Shown piece by piece: positions 28,116-37,042 of a stretch of 64,000 nt of DNA. How positions within the stretch are numbered: the stretch's first letter is position 1; each line of letters starts with the position of its first letter. The stretch comes from an uncultured Acidobacteriota bacterium (GTDB lineage Bacteria; Acidobacteriota; Thermoanaerobaculia; Multivoradales; UBA5704). The position numbers and the translations under genes are program-made. The stretch lies in the NCBI GenBank assembly GCA_963792575.1, contig CAWBWZ010000021.1, positions 194,778 to 258,777 of the forward strand. The letters run 5' to 3'. The notes under the pieces were generated by a model. That model saw only the letters and a list, made by a program, of their open reading frames with translations. It was not told where the DNA came from and searched no databases.

Positions 28116-29744
28116 CTACGCCTTAACCCGGCTCGGCCCCGCCGCCTTCACCGCCTCGTCGACTCCACTCTCATACTTCTTGAAATTGTCGGCGAACATG
28201 TCGGCGAGACTGGGTGGCCTGGGCGTCGTAGTCGGCTGGAGCTCTGCCAGGTCTCGCGCGGGTGGAGGAGCTTGTCCGGCACCCCCTCGATGCGGGTCGG
28301 CACGTCGAGGCCGAAGATCGGATCGGTCCAGGTCTCGACGCCGTCGAGCTCGCCGGTCAGCGCGGCGGTCACCATGCGGCGGGTGTAGGCGAGCTTGATC
28401 CGCTGGCCGACGCCGTACGGGCCGCCCGTCCAGCCGGTGTTGAGCAGCCAGACCCGGACGCCGTGCTCGGCGAGCTTCTCGCCCAGCATCTTGGCGTAGA
28501 CGCCGGGATGGAGCGGCAGGAAGGGGGCGCCGAAGCAGGTGCTGAAGGTCACCTTGGGCTCGGTGACCCCGCGCTCGGTGCCCGCCACCTTCGCCGTGTA
28601 GCCGGAGAGGAAGTGGTACATCGCCTGCTCCGGGGTCAGCCGGCTGATCGGCGGCAGCACGCCGAAGGCGTCGCAGGTGAGGAAGACCACGTTGCTGCGG
28701 GTGCCCGGCCTGGCCGCCGAGGTCGACGTTGTGGAGCTGGGTCAGCGGATAGCTCGACCGGGTGTTCTCGGTCAGGCGGTCGCTGTCGAGATCGAGGCTT
28801 GCGGGTCTCCGGGTCGAAGACCACGTTCTCGAGCACGGTGCCGAACGTGCGGGTGGTGGCGTAGATCTCCGGCTCGCCCTTCGCGGCGAGAGGCGGATCA
28901 CCTTGGCGTAGCAGCCGCCCTCGACGTTGAAGACGCCGTCGTCGCTCCAGCCGTGCTCGTCGTCGCCGATCAGCGTGCGCATCGGGGTCGGCCGAGAGGG
29001 TCGTCTTGCCGGTGCCGGAGAGGCCGAAGAAGAGCGCCACGTCGTCCTCGTGCGTCGGCGCCGTAGTTGGCGCTGCAGTGCATCGACAGCACGCCCTGCT
29101 TGGGCAGGTAGTAGTTCATCACGCTGAAGATGCTCTTCTTGATCTCGCCGGCGTAGCGGGTGCCGCCGATCAGCACGATCCGCTGCGCCAGGTTGAGCAG
29201 GATGAACGTCGGGGTGCGGGTGCCGTCGCGCTGCCGGGTCGGCCTGGAAGTTGGCGACGTTGATCACCGTGAAGTTGGGCTCGAAGCTCGCGAGAGCGGC
29301 GGGGTCCTCCTCGCGGATGAACATGTTGCGGGCGAAGAGGTTGTGCCAGGCGTATCGGTGATCACCCGGACGTTGATGCGGTAGCGCGGATCGGCGCCGG
29401 CATAGCCGTCGAAGACGAAGAGGTCCTTGCCCTGGAGATACTCCTGGGCGCGGGCGAGCAGCGCCGTCGAACTTCTCCGTCTCGAACGGCCGGTTGACCT
29501 CGCCCCACCAGATATCGCCGTCGGTCGCCGGGTCCTTGACCACGAACTTGTCGTTCGGCGACCGGCCGGTGTGCTGCCCGGTCTCGCAGACCAGCGGCCC
29601 CCTCGGCGGCAGGGCCGCCTCGCCGCGCTGGACGGCCAGCTCGACCAGGCGCGCCGGCGGCAGGTTCCAGTACACCGTGCCCGCGCCGGTGATCCCTTGC
29701 TTGTCCACCCCAAAGCTGCTCACTGCCGGCCCTTCATTTTTCAT
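28116..29744 (-). CDS. pckA: Phosphoenolpyruvate carboxykinase (ATP) (heavily frameshifted as assembled)
   Basis: Motif trail across three frames: [67 protein letters not shown] (kinase-1a), [73 protein letters not shown]. At least 9 frame switches. Confidence 0.85.
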   Translation of the reverse strand: MKNEGPAVSSFGVDKQGITGAGTVYWNLPPARLVELAVQRGEAALPPRGPLVCETGQHTGRSPNDKFVVKDPATDGDIWWGEVNRPFETEKFDGAARPRPGVSPGQGPLRLRRLCRRRSALPHQRPGDHRYAWHNLFARNMFIREEDPAALASFEPNFTVINVANFQADPAARRHPHPDVHPAQPGAADRADRRHPLRRRDQEEHLQRDELLPAQAGRAVDALQRQLRRRRTRTTWRSSSASPAPARRPSRPTPMRTLIGDDEHGWSDDGVFNVEGGCYAKVIRLSPRRASRRSTPPPARSAPCSRTWSSTRRPASLDLDSDRLTENTRSSYPLTQLHNVDLGGQAGHPQQRGLPHLRRLRRAAADQPADPGAGDVPLPLRLHGEGGGHRARGHRAQGDLQHLLRRPLPAAPSRRLRQDAGREARRARRPGLAAQHRLDGRPVRRRPADQARLHPPHGDRRADRRARRRRDLDRSDLRPRRADPHRGGAGQAPPPARDLAELQPTTTPRPPSLADMFADNFKKYESGVDEAVKAAGPSRVKA

Positions 29745-29764
29745 TCCGCACCTCGGAAGAAGTT

Positions 29765-31095
29765 TCAGTGTGATCTCTGCGAAACCAGATAGTCGACGAG
29801 GAGCCGCGACATCGTGCGGATGCCCACCGGCACCGCGCCGTCGTCCCCCCGGAAGTTGGGCGTGTGCAGACCGCCCGAGGTCGTGCCCGGCTTGAGAGTG
29901 CCGAGCCGGTAGTAGAACCCGGGGACCTCCTCGGCGAAGTAGGCGAAATCCTCGCCGGCCATGGCGGGCTCCACCGATCTTGACGTTGCCGGCGCCCGGC
30001 GATGCGCTCGAGCAGAGGCTTGACCTGCTGGGTGAGCGCCGGGTCGTTGACCGTCGCGGGCGCGTTCTTCTGGTACTCCAGCTCGAACGAGGCCCCGTTG
30101 GCGCGGGTGACGCCGTCCAGGATCTCGCGCATGCGGCGCTCGACCGTCGGCGCGCACCTCCGCGTTGTAGGTGCGCACCGTGCCCTCGAGCATCACCTCG
30201 CCGGGGATGATGTTGAAGCGCTCGCCGCCGCGGAAGATGCCGACCGTGATGACGCTCGGCTCGAGCGGCGACAGGTTGCGCGAGCGGATCGTCTGCAGCG
30301 CCATCACCACCTCCGCCCCGATCGACGATCGGATCGATCGCCAGGTTGGGGGTAGGCGCCGTGCGCCTGCTTGCCCTTGATCTTGATCCGGAACTGGTCG
30401 ACCGCGGCCATCGTCGGCCCCGAGTTGAAGCCGATCTGGCCGACCGTCAGCTCCGGGAAGGAGTGCAGGGCGAAGACCGCCGTGGGCTTGTACTGCCGGA
30501 AGAGGCCCTCCTCCAGCATCAGGGGGGCGCCCGCCTTCTCCCCCGGCGGCGGCCCCTCCTCGGCGGGCTGGAAGATGAAGAGGATGCTGCCGGGGATGTC
30601 CGCCTTCACCGCCGAGAGGACCGAGGCGACGCCGAGCAGCGACGTGGTGTGGATGTCATGGCCGCAGGCATGGGCGACGCCGACCTCCTGGCCCAGGAAG
30701 GTGTCCCGCTTGGTCGACTTGAACGGCAGGTCGGTCTCCTCGGTCACCGGCAGGGCGTCCATGTCGGCGCGGACGGCGATCAGCGGCCCGGGCTTCCCCC
30801 CCTTGAGCAGGGCGACGACACCCGTCTTGGCGATGCCCGTGCGGGCCTCGAGCCCGAGGGAACGGAGGTGGGCCGCCACCAGCTCGGCCGTCTGGGTCTC
30901 GCGGTTCGAGAGCTCCGGGTTCTGGTGGACGCGGTGGCGCAGCTCGATGAGCTGCGGCGCCACCCGCTCCGCTTCACGGTCGATGCGGGCGTCGAGATCG
31001 CTGCCGGCGGGGGTCGCCGCCGGCGCGGGGAGCGCCGTCAGGGCGAGGCCAAGCGCGAGCGGCGCGAAGCGGACCGTACTCCAGCGGGGCATCAT
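29765..31095 (-). CDS. M20D-family amidohydrolase (N-acyl-amino-acid / hippurate hydrolase type), secreted; frameshifted as assembled
   Basis: Signal peptide MMPRWSTVRFAPLALGLALTALPAPA. Motifs LRHRVHQNPELS, IAVRADMDALP, AHACGHDIHT and LFIFQPAEEG. About 3 frame switches near 30340, 30150 and 29980. Confidence 0.75.
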
Positions 31096-31233
31096 CGTCC
31101 TCCAGATCAAAAAAAGCAGCCGCTCGCCCACGACGCGCGGCGCGCCAGAAAAACCGAACGAGTTTAACCCGATAAGGCGGCATTCTCACCCCGGAGTGAC
31201 GAACGCGTGCCAGAGCGCCGTCACCGCGCCCGC

Positions 31234-31402
31234 GACGCCCGGGCCTGAAGACCCGGGCTACGACGGAAACGAAAAGCCGACTGAAGCCGGCTCGAAAAGC
31301 GGCATGAGGGATCTTGAGCCTCCTTCAGGAGGCTTTTCGTTTGAAGCGTAGCCCGGGTTTTCAGGCCCGGGCGTCGCAGGCGCCGGGAGCCAAATTGAGC
31401 CA
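31234..31402. repeat. About 170-bp palindromic MITE/REP-like element (family 2), copy 1
   Basis: The outer arms GACGCCCGGGCCTGAAGACCCGGGCTAC and GTAGCCCGGGTTTTCAGGCCCGGGCGTC pair. The inner hairpin is AAGCCTCC-ttca-GGAGGCTT followed by TTTCGTTT. About 90% identical to 58344-58513. Confidence 0.8.
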
Positions 31403-31438
31403 CCACCCATAACCCGTCCTGGGAGTTTTAAGCCAACT

Positions 31439-31503
31439 TCTCCCTCTTCTCCCGGTGCGGGAGGGGGGTGGGGACGGGAGAAGAGGGCCGGGGTGATGAG
31501 GGC
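31439..31503. repeat. REP-like GC-rich palindromic element (family 1)
   Basis: CTCCCTCTTCTCCCGGTGCGGGAGGGGGGTGGGGACGGGAGAAGAGGGCCGGGGTGATGAGGGCC. The arms CTCTTCTCCC and GGGAGAAGAG pair. Confidence 0.65.
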
Positions 31504-31592
31504 CTTGGGTGGGGGCAGCTTCCCTGATGTACACTCCCCCGTCAGCGTTCAGACACGTCCCGCGATCCAATCCCATTGAAGGAGATGGTGCT

Positions 31593-33223
31593 TTGAATAT
31601 CGAGAATCGGAAGATCCTTGTGCTCGGAGGGTACGGCCTGGTGGGTACGGCCGTCTGCCGGGAGCTGCTGTCGCGCCGGCCGCGCGAGATCCAGATCCAC
31701 AGCCTGCGGATCGAGGAGTCCCAGAAGGCGGTCGAGGAGCTCCAGGGCGAGGCGGGCTCGACGGTGCTCTCCGTCTCGTCCGGCAACATCTTCGGCCTGC
31801 TCCAGGGGGGCTCCAAGCGGGACCTCATCCGCGCCGAGCTGCGCCGGCTCGACGACGAGGATCTCGACACCTTCGTCCTCTATGACGTCCTGGCCAGGTC
31901 GCGGCCGGACATCGTGGTCGACTGCGTCAACACCTCCACCGGCATCGCCTACGGCGACATCTTCCGCTCCGCCGAGGAGGTGCTCAAGCAGCTCGAGGCG
32001 GGGGACATCCAGGAGGCGGACCACCGAGCGCCTGCTCGACGCCCTCTACATGCCGCGGCTGATCCGCCACATCCAGATCATGTACCGCGGGATGATCGAC
32101 GCCGCGCACCAGCGTCTACATCAAGATCGGCACCACCGGCACCGGCGGGATGGGGCTCAACATCCCCTACACCCACTCCGAGGAGCGGCCGAGCCGGGTG
32201 CTGCTCTCCAAGAGCGCGATGGCCGGCGCGCAGTCGATGCTCCTCTTCCTGATGGCCCGCACCCCGGGCGCGCCGATCACCAAGGAGATCAAGCCGGCGG
32301 CGGTGATCGCCTGGAAGCGGATGGGCTTCGGCCCCATCGTCCGCGGCGGCAAGCCGCTCCAGCTGATGGACGCCCAGCCGATCCCGCTGGGCGCGACCTT
32401 CTCGACCGAGGACGCCGCGGCGGCCCGGGTGCGCGACGAGCCCTACCAGAACGTCTTCATCGATACCGGCGAGAACGGCGTCTTCAGCCTCGAGGAGTTC
32501 TCGACCGTGACCAGCCACGAGCAGATGGAGTTCGTCACCCCCGAGGAGATCGCGCGCTACCTGGTCTTCGAGATCGAGGGGCGGGGCACCGGGTTCGACA
32601 TCGTCAACGCGCTCGACAGCGCAGTGCTCGGCCCCACCTACCGGGCGGGCATCCTGCGGCACTGGGCGCTGGAGCGGTTGAACGAGATGGAGAAAGAGCA
32701 CGGCGTGCACAGCGTCGCCTTCGAGATGCTGGGACCGCCGCGCAACTCCAAGCTCCTCTTCGAGGCCCACCTGCTGCGCCTCGCCTACCCGAACATGAAA
32801 GCCGTCTGGGATTCCACCCCCGAGGCCGTCCGCGACGCCCTCGACCGCCTCGTCCGCGAGGACCCCGAGGTGGCCAACCAGGTCGTCTCGGTGGGCATCC
32901 CGATCCTGCTCGACTCGGGAGAGGTCATCCGTGGCGTCAAGGTGCTGGTCCCCGGGGATGCCTGCGGTACCACCGTCACCCCGGACAACCTGGAGTCCTG
33001 GGTCCGCGACGGCTGGGTCGACCTCCGCCTCGCCAACTGCGCCCACTGGGTCAAGCGCTTCCAGACCATCCGCGACGAGATCGCCGCCCTCCCCCAGGAC
33101 GACAGCTCCAGCCGCTTCCTCCGCAACCGCCGCTTCTGGCACAAGGTGGACGTCATCCAGCCCGGCAAGGTGGTGGGGTGGATCCTTGGGACGGAAGAGG
33201 GGGGATCGCGGATCAAGCGGTGA
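31593..33223 (+). CDS. NAD(P)-binding Rossmann-fold protein of unassigned family (frameshifted as assembled)
   Basis: The N-terminus KILVLGGYGLVGTAVCREL is a GxGxxG fold. A long conserved-looking C-terminal region follows (GTTGTGGMGLNIPYTHSEE...). Frame switches near 32020 and 32110. The TTG start at 31593 (GGAG upstream) is uncertain; ATG 31527 is an alternative. Confidence 0.55.
33085..33223. repeat. 139-bp direct repeat, copy 1 (3' end of the Rossmann gene)
   Basis: About 92% identical to 35758-35896. Both copies encode ALPQDDSSSRFLRNRRFWHKVDVIQPGKVVGWIL.TEEG.SRIKR-stop. Confidence 0.85.
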
Positions 33224-33326
33224 TCGGCGGCAGACCTCGGCAGCGGCTCCTCTCGTGCCACGCACCCTGGAAGAGAGGATCGGTTCCGGCCTGCTTCCGG
33301 GCCGGACATGGAAAGGAGATCCAGAG

Positions 33327-33671
33327 ATGAAGATTCCCTATGGACGGATGCTCAAGACCGTCGGACTCACGTTCGTGCTCGTCACCGCCATCCATTTCGC
33401 CCTCCCGCCGTCGGCCGCGGCCTCCTGCACATGCAGCACCATTTCTTTCGTCGCAAACGGGACCGGGACCGGAGCGAGTTGCGCCACCGCGACCGCTATC
33501 CTGAAAAACAACATTCAGAACGCTGAAAGCGCCGCCTGCTTCCCCTACGACTACTGCCACTTGCAACCGCTCGTCACCTCGTCCTGCCAGTTGACGAGTG
33601 GTCAGTACTCAATCAGCGGCAGCCAGCGGTACTCCTGCTACGTCGGCACGACCTGCCCTGCCGGCCACTGA
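33327..33671 (+). CDS. Secreted Cys-rich protein (114 aa, 8 Cys)
   Basis: RBS AAGGAG. Signal peptide MLKTVGLTFVLVTAIHFALPPSAAA. The mature part starts SCTCS.. and carries 8 Cys. Confidence 0.6.
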   Translation: MKIPYGRMLKTVGLTFVLVTAIHFALPPSAAASCTCSTISFVANGTGTGASCATATAILKNNIQNAESAACFPYDYCHLQPLVTSSCQLTSGQYSISGSQRYSCYVGTTCPAGH

Positions 33672-33764
33672 GATCCCAGGACGGGAGGGTTTGCCCAAAG
33701 GGGGCCCTTCCGCCTAGAGCGGGCCGCCACCTCACCCCCACAGCCTCAATTGCGCTCGCCGAGG

Positions 33765-33787
33765 CATGGTGGGATAATCCCACCATG
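33765..33787. promoter_or_regulatory. 23-bp perfect palindrome overlapping the vapB start codon (candidate operator)
   Basis: CATGGTGGGAT-A-ATCCCACCATG. A degenerate copy precedes the orphan vapB paralog at 44137-44155. Confidence 0.45.
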
Positions 33788-34018
33788 GCGATCTCGACAA
33801 CTGATGCTAAGCGGCGCGTGGTCCTTCCGGAGGCAAAACCCGGGGATGTCTTCGACATCCAGAACCAGGGTGAAGGCCGCCTCCTTCTCGTGCGCCTCGA
33901 AGCTCCGAAGCCGGCTCCCAGGATGAGCATGGCTCGCTGCCTCGAGGCGATCGCTGCCGCCCCTCTGCAACCGAAATTGACCTGGGAATCCCTGAAAGCA
34001 GTGACTCGAGAGCCATGA
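33785..34018 (+). CDS. vapB: AbrB/SpoVT-type antitoxin (VapB-like)
   Basis: STTDAKRRVVLPEAKPGDVFDIQNQGEGRLLL is a swapped-hairpin AbrB-type pattern. It overlaps the PIN gene by 4 nt. Confidence 0.75.
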   Translation: MAISTTDAKRRVVLPEAKPGDVFDIQNQGEGRLLLVRLEAPKPAPRMSMARCLEAIAAAPLQPKLTWESLKAVTREP

Positions 34019-34431
34019 TCCTCCTCGATACGAATGTCCTGATCTACGCCTCCACCGATCAGTCGCCCTTTCTCGAATGGGCTCGGCACATGATCGCCGC
34101 GGGGGTGTCGGAGGACGGAGCGGCGGTCAATGCGGTCAGCCTCGCGGAGATCTGTGTGGGCGATGCCGAACCGGAAATTGTTGCCGATCGGCTCCGAAGT
34201 TGGGGCATTACTCTACTTGATGTCCCCGCGGTCGCCGCAGAACCGTGTGCCAAGGCCTACCTGAAGTACCGGGAGCGCCGACGCTCGGAATCCGGTCGCG
34301 ACGCGCCCTCGCTACCGCTGCCCGATTTCTTCATCGGTGCCCATGCTCAGGTCATGGGTTGGCCACTCGCGACAGCCGACGAAGGACGCTTCCGAACCTA
34401 TTTCCCTTCCGTCACCCTTCGGACGCCCTGA
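34015..34431 (+). CDS. vapC: PIN-domain toxin (VapC-like)
   Basis: MILLDTNVLIY (first acidic residue), SLAEI, DFFIGAHAQVMGWPLATADEGRF (conserved distal Asp). 138 aa. Confidence 0.8.
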   Translation: MILLDTNVLIYASTDQSPFLEWARHMIAAGVSEDGAAVNAVSLAEICVGDAEPEIVADRLRSWGITLLDVPAVAAEPCAKAYLKYRERRRSESGRDAPSLPLPDFFIGAHAQVMGWPLATADEGRFRTYFPSVTLRTP

Positions 34432-34717
34432 GAGTACCTCGGCGATCCAGTCGCCGCCCTCTCCCTCAGATCGGCTCACGATCAAGCGGCGATCGACCGT
34501 CCTATCACGCCATCGGACCGTGCTCGTCGACGGCCGGCTCACCCGTATAGCTGCTGGGGTCGTAATCATCCAGTTCATTTTGGCTCCAGTTTTCGTACCT
34601 AAGTCACCCTAGTCCAAACGCTTGGCCGGTTGGTTCTAGTGGGGAAGGACATTCGACAGCTTCATCGACTAACCCCTTCTGAGATCTGTAGTTTCTAGAG
34701 AGCAAGGAGGGAATACC

Positions 34718-35095
34718 ATGGCTGACCAGGTGACGAATATTGGAACAGCGTTGTTTGCGGAGGAAGTTGTTGTTCGGGCGGTACAATTTTTTTCGACAGG
34801 GAAGTGGCGACCGACGGGTCAATCCGGAAGAACTGCAACCTTCCAGGGTATGCCTCCTATCCCATGGGGACTAATGATCCTGATGATCGTTGGATTTGCC
34901 CTCTGCATTGTTCCGGGCATCATTCTCTATGTCATGCTCATCAAGAAAGCTCGGCAGTTCCAGAATATCGTGGTAACCGCCAATCCGATTCCGGGAGGGA
35001 CCGAAGTGGTCGTCACTAGTCCTCCGTGGGCCTCCGCACTTGTTGCGAGCTTCGTCGAAAGCCTTCCGCCTCTTGAGGTCGCTCTGCCATCATGA
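34718..35095 (+). CDS. Small membrane protein
   Basis: One long hydrophobic stretch, PWGLMILMIVGFALCIVPGIILYVMLI. ATGA overlap with the next gene. Confidence 0.45.
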   Translation: MADQVTNIGTALFAEEVVVRAVQFFSTGKWRPTGQSGRTATFQGMPPIPWGLMILMIVGFALCIVPGIILYVMLIKKARQFQNIVVTANPIPGGTEVVVTSPPWASALVASFVESLPPLEVALPS

Positions 35096-35370
35096 GCACC
35101 CAGGACCAGGACAGGATTCAGTGGATCGAATCTTTAAAGAAAAAGAACGAAAAAGAGTCTGGCAATTGGACGGTGACTTTCTGGCTATCTCTGCTGCTTG
35201 GAGTGTTTGGGGCTGACAGGTTTTATCTAGGCTCTATCTGGTTGGGTCTGTTGAAGGCGGTATCATTCGGCGGCTTTGGTGCGTGGTGGGTCATAGACAT
35301 AATTCTCTTGCTGACGGTCGGGATGAAGAACTCAGAGGGTCAAGTGGTTAGGATGTCGAAACATACATAA
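35092..35370 (+). CDS. TM2-domain membrane protein
   Basis: WLSLLLGVFGADRFYLGSIWLGLLKAVSFGGFGAWWVIDIILL matches the TM2 domain pattern (G.hG.hRFYhG). Confidence 0.7.
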   Translation: MSTQDQDRIQWIESLKKKNEKESGNWTVTFWLSLLLGVFGADRFYLGSIWLGLLKAVSFGGFGAWWVIDIILLLTVGMKNSEGQVVRMSKHT

Positions 35371-35620
35371 ACTACACTGCAAGAACTATGAGTTAGTGAG
35401 GCGAAATGAACAAAGTTGCTTCGGTAGCGATCATGTTGTTAGCAGGAACTTTCCTTTGGGTTGGCTATAAAAAATATCGTGATCACGCCGGTTCTTTGGG
35501 CTATGCCAGAGGGCGAGCAAAGTGGAGGAGACCCTAAGTTGGGCCGCACCTCTCCTCCACAGCGCTTTCTACCTTGAAATTTGGGAGAGCGACTCCCAGA
35601 TTTCAAGGTAGACGTCCTGC

Positions 35621-35896
35621 ATGATCGAGCGTCGGGCACATCTGCAGCGTCTCCGAGACCTGCTCGGCCAGTTTCCGGTGGTGGGCCTGATCGGTGCTCG
35701 CCAAGTGGGCAAGACCACCCTCGCCAAAGCCGTGGCCGCCGGCGCCCGCTCGGACGTCGCCCTCCCCCAGGACGACAGCTCCAGCCGCTTTCTCCGCAAC
35801 CGCCGCTTCTGGCACAAGGTAGACGTTATCCAACCCGGCAAAGTGGTGGGGTGGATCCTGGAGACGGAAGAGGGGAGCTCGAGGATCAAGCGGTGA
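35621..35896 (+). pseudogene. Chimeric remnant: N-terminus of an AAA ATPase (DUF4143-type) fused to a duplicated 3' end of the Rossmann gene
   Basis: MIERRAHLQRLRDLLGQFPVVGLIGARQVGKTTLAKA (P-loop) is followed after about 10 aa by the duplicated tail ALPQDDSSSRFLRNRRFW... Confidence 0.65.
35758..35896. repeat. 139-bp direct repeat, copy 2
   Basis: See 33085-33223. Confidence 0.85.
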
Positions 35897-35972
35897 GCCT
35901 CCCGAGCGCCTTCTTCACTGCTGGGAATGTAGGGCGGGGTTTGTCCCCGCCCTACTTCAGCTCAAACCTTCC

Positions 35973-36182
35973 TCAGCAAGTCAGATGGCCGTTGTGGCAG
36001 GTGCAGGTGGTCCGCACCCAGACCGGACCGCTACGATCGACGCAGCCGGTCTCCTGGCCCTCCGTCGTGCAATAGTCGCCGCACACATTGGGCGTGAACA
36101 CCGGCAGCGCGCGGGCCGTCTGCAGCTGAGCCGCAGCGCCCAGCACGAGGGCCAGGGCGGTGATCCGGAAGCCGTTCTTCAT
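35973..36182 (-). CDS. Small secreted Cys-rich peptide (69 aa, 6 Cys in the mature part)
   Basis: Signal peptide MKNGFRITALALVLGAAAQLQTARA. Mature part LPVFTPNVCGDYCTTEGQETGCVDRSGPVWVRTTCTCHNGHLTC. Confidence 0.55.
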   Translation of the reverse strand: MKNGFRITALALVLGAAAQLQTARALPVFTPNVCGDYCTTEGQETGCVDRSGPVWVRTTCTCHNGHLTC

Positions 36183-36660
36183 GAGCTCTCCTTTCGGTCA
36201 AGGGACGCGAAGTATAATGGATGGCGCAGGACGGGAGGACGCGGGGCCTCGCGGCTCGCGCGGGGCCAGCCCGCCTTCGCATCGCAAAACGCCGTCTTGT
36301 GTCGCAAAGACGACGCTTCGTGTCTCGCCGGGGTCTCCGCGTGTTGACGAAAGCCCGGCGGATGGCGCGGAACGCTTTTTCCATGCCTCGCCGTGGCTGG
36401 CGGACGGCGAAGAAACTCCGGCCAGGGCCGCGCCGGGCTTGTCGCGGAGCTCGCCGAAGCCGGAGAGAGATTAGCCGGACGCCCATCGTCATCGACCGGC
36501 GATCTCTTGTACCTCGCCGGAGTTATTTTGTGGGTCGCCGGGCTTTTTGCGACACAAACCAAGGCTGGCGATACACTCGCCGGGGTTTTTGCAACACGAA
36601 GCGGCGTTTTGAGGCTTGCCGGGAGGTTGCTTTCGCAGCGGCTTCTGGACCCCAAGTTAG

Positions 36661-36946
36661 GATTCTTGCTGCTATGAGTCGGCACTCCTTCTTGATGAAG
36701 CAGTCCACGGCGAGCTCTCCCTCGCCGAATGGTTCGCCCTGGCGGAAGACGAGCCGGGAGAGTTGGTGGACGGCCATCTGGTGGAGGAAGAGGCGCCGGA
36801 TTACGTCCATGAGATCCTGGTGATCCTGCTGGGCAGTCTCCTCCGGGGTTGGTTCGCCCCACGTGGCGGGTTCGTCGGGGGCTCCGACGCCAAGCTCGCG
36901 GTGGGGCCGAAGCAGGGCCGCCGGCCCGATCTAACCGTCTACTTCG
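36661..36946 (+). pseudogene. Uma2-family (DUF820) endonuclease, N-terminal half, interrupted by IS66-family element
   Basis: ELVDGHLVEEEAPDYVHE...GGFVGGSDAKLAVGPKQGRRPDLTVYF is a typical Uma2 pattern. The reading frame resumes at 39393. The 5' start is unclear (no in-frame ATG). Confidence 0.7.
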
Positions 36947-37042
36947 GTAACACCTCGCCCTGCCACGTCTGGCCCCGGCCGCCCGTTTGGTGATAGCGCC
37001 TCTCTGCCGCCTGCCAAACTCAGGGCAGGCCGGCGTCAGGTG

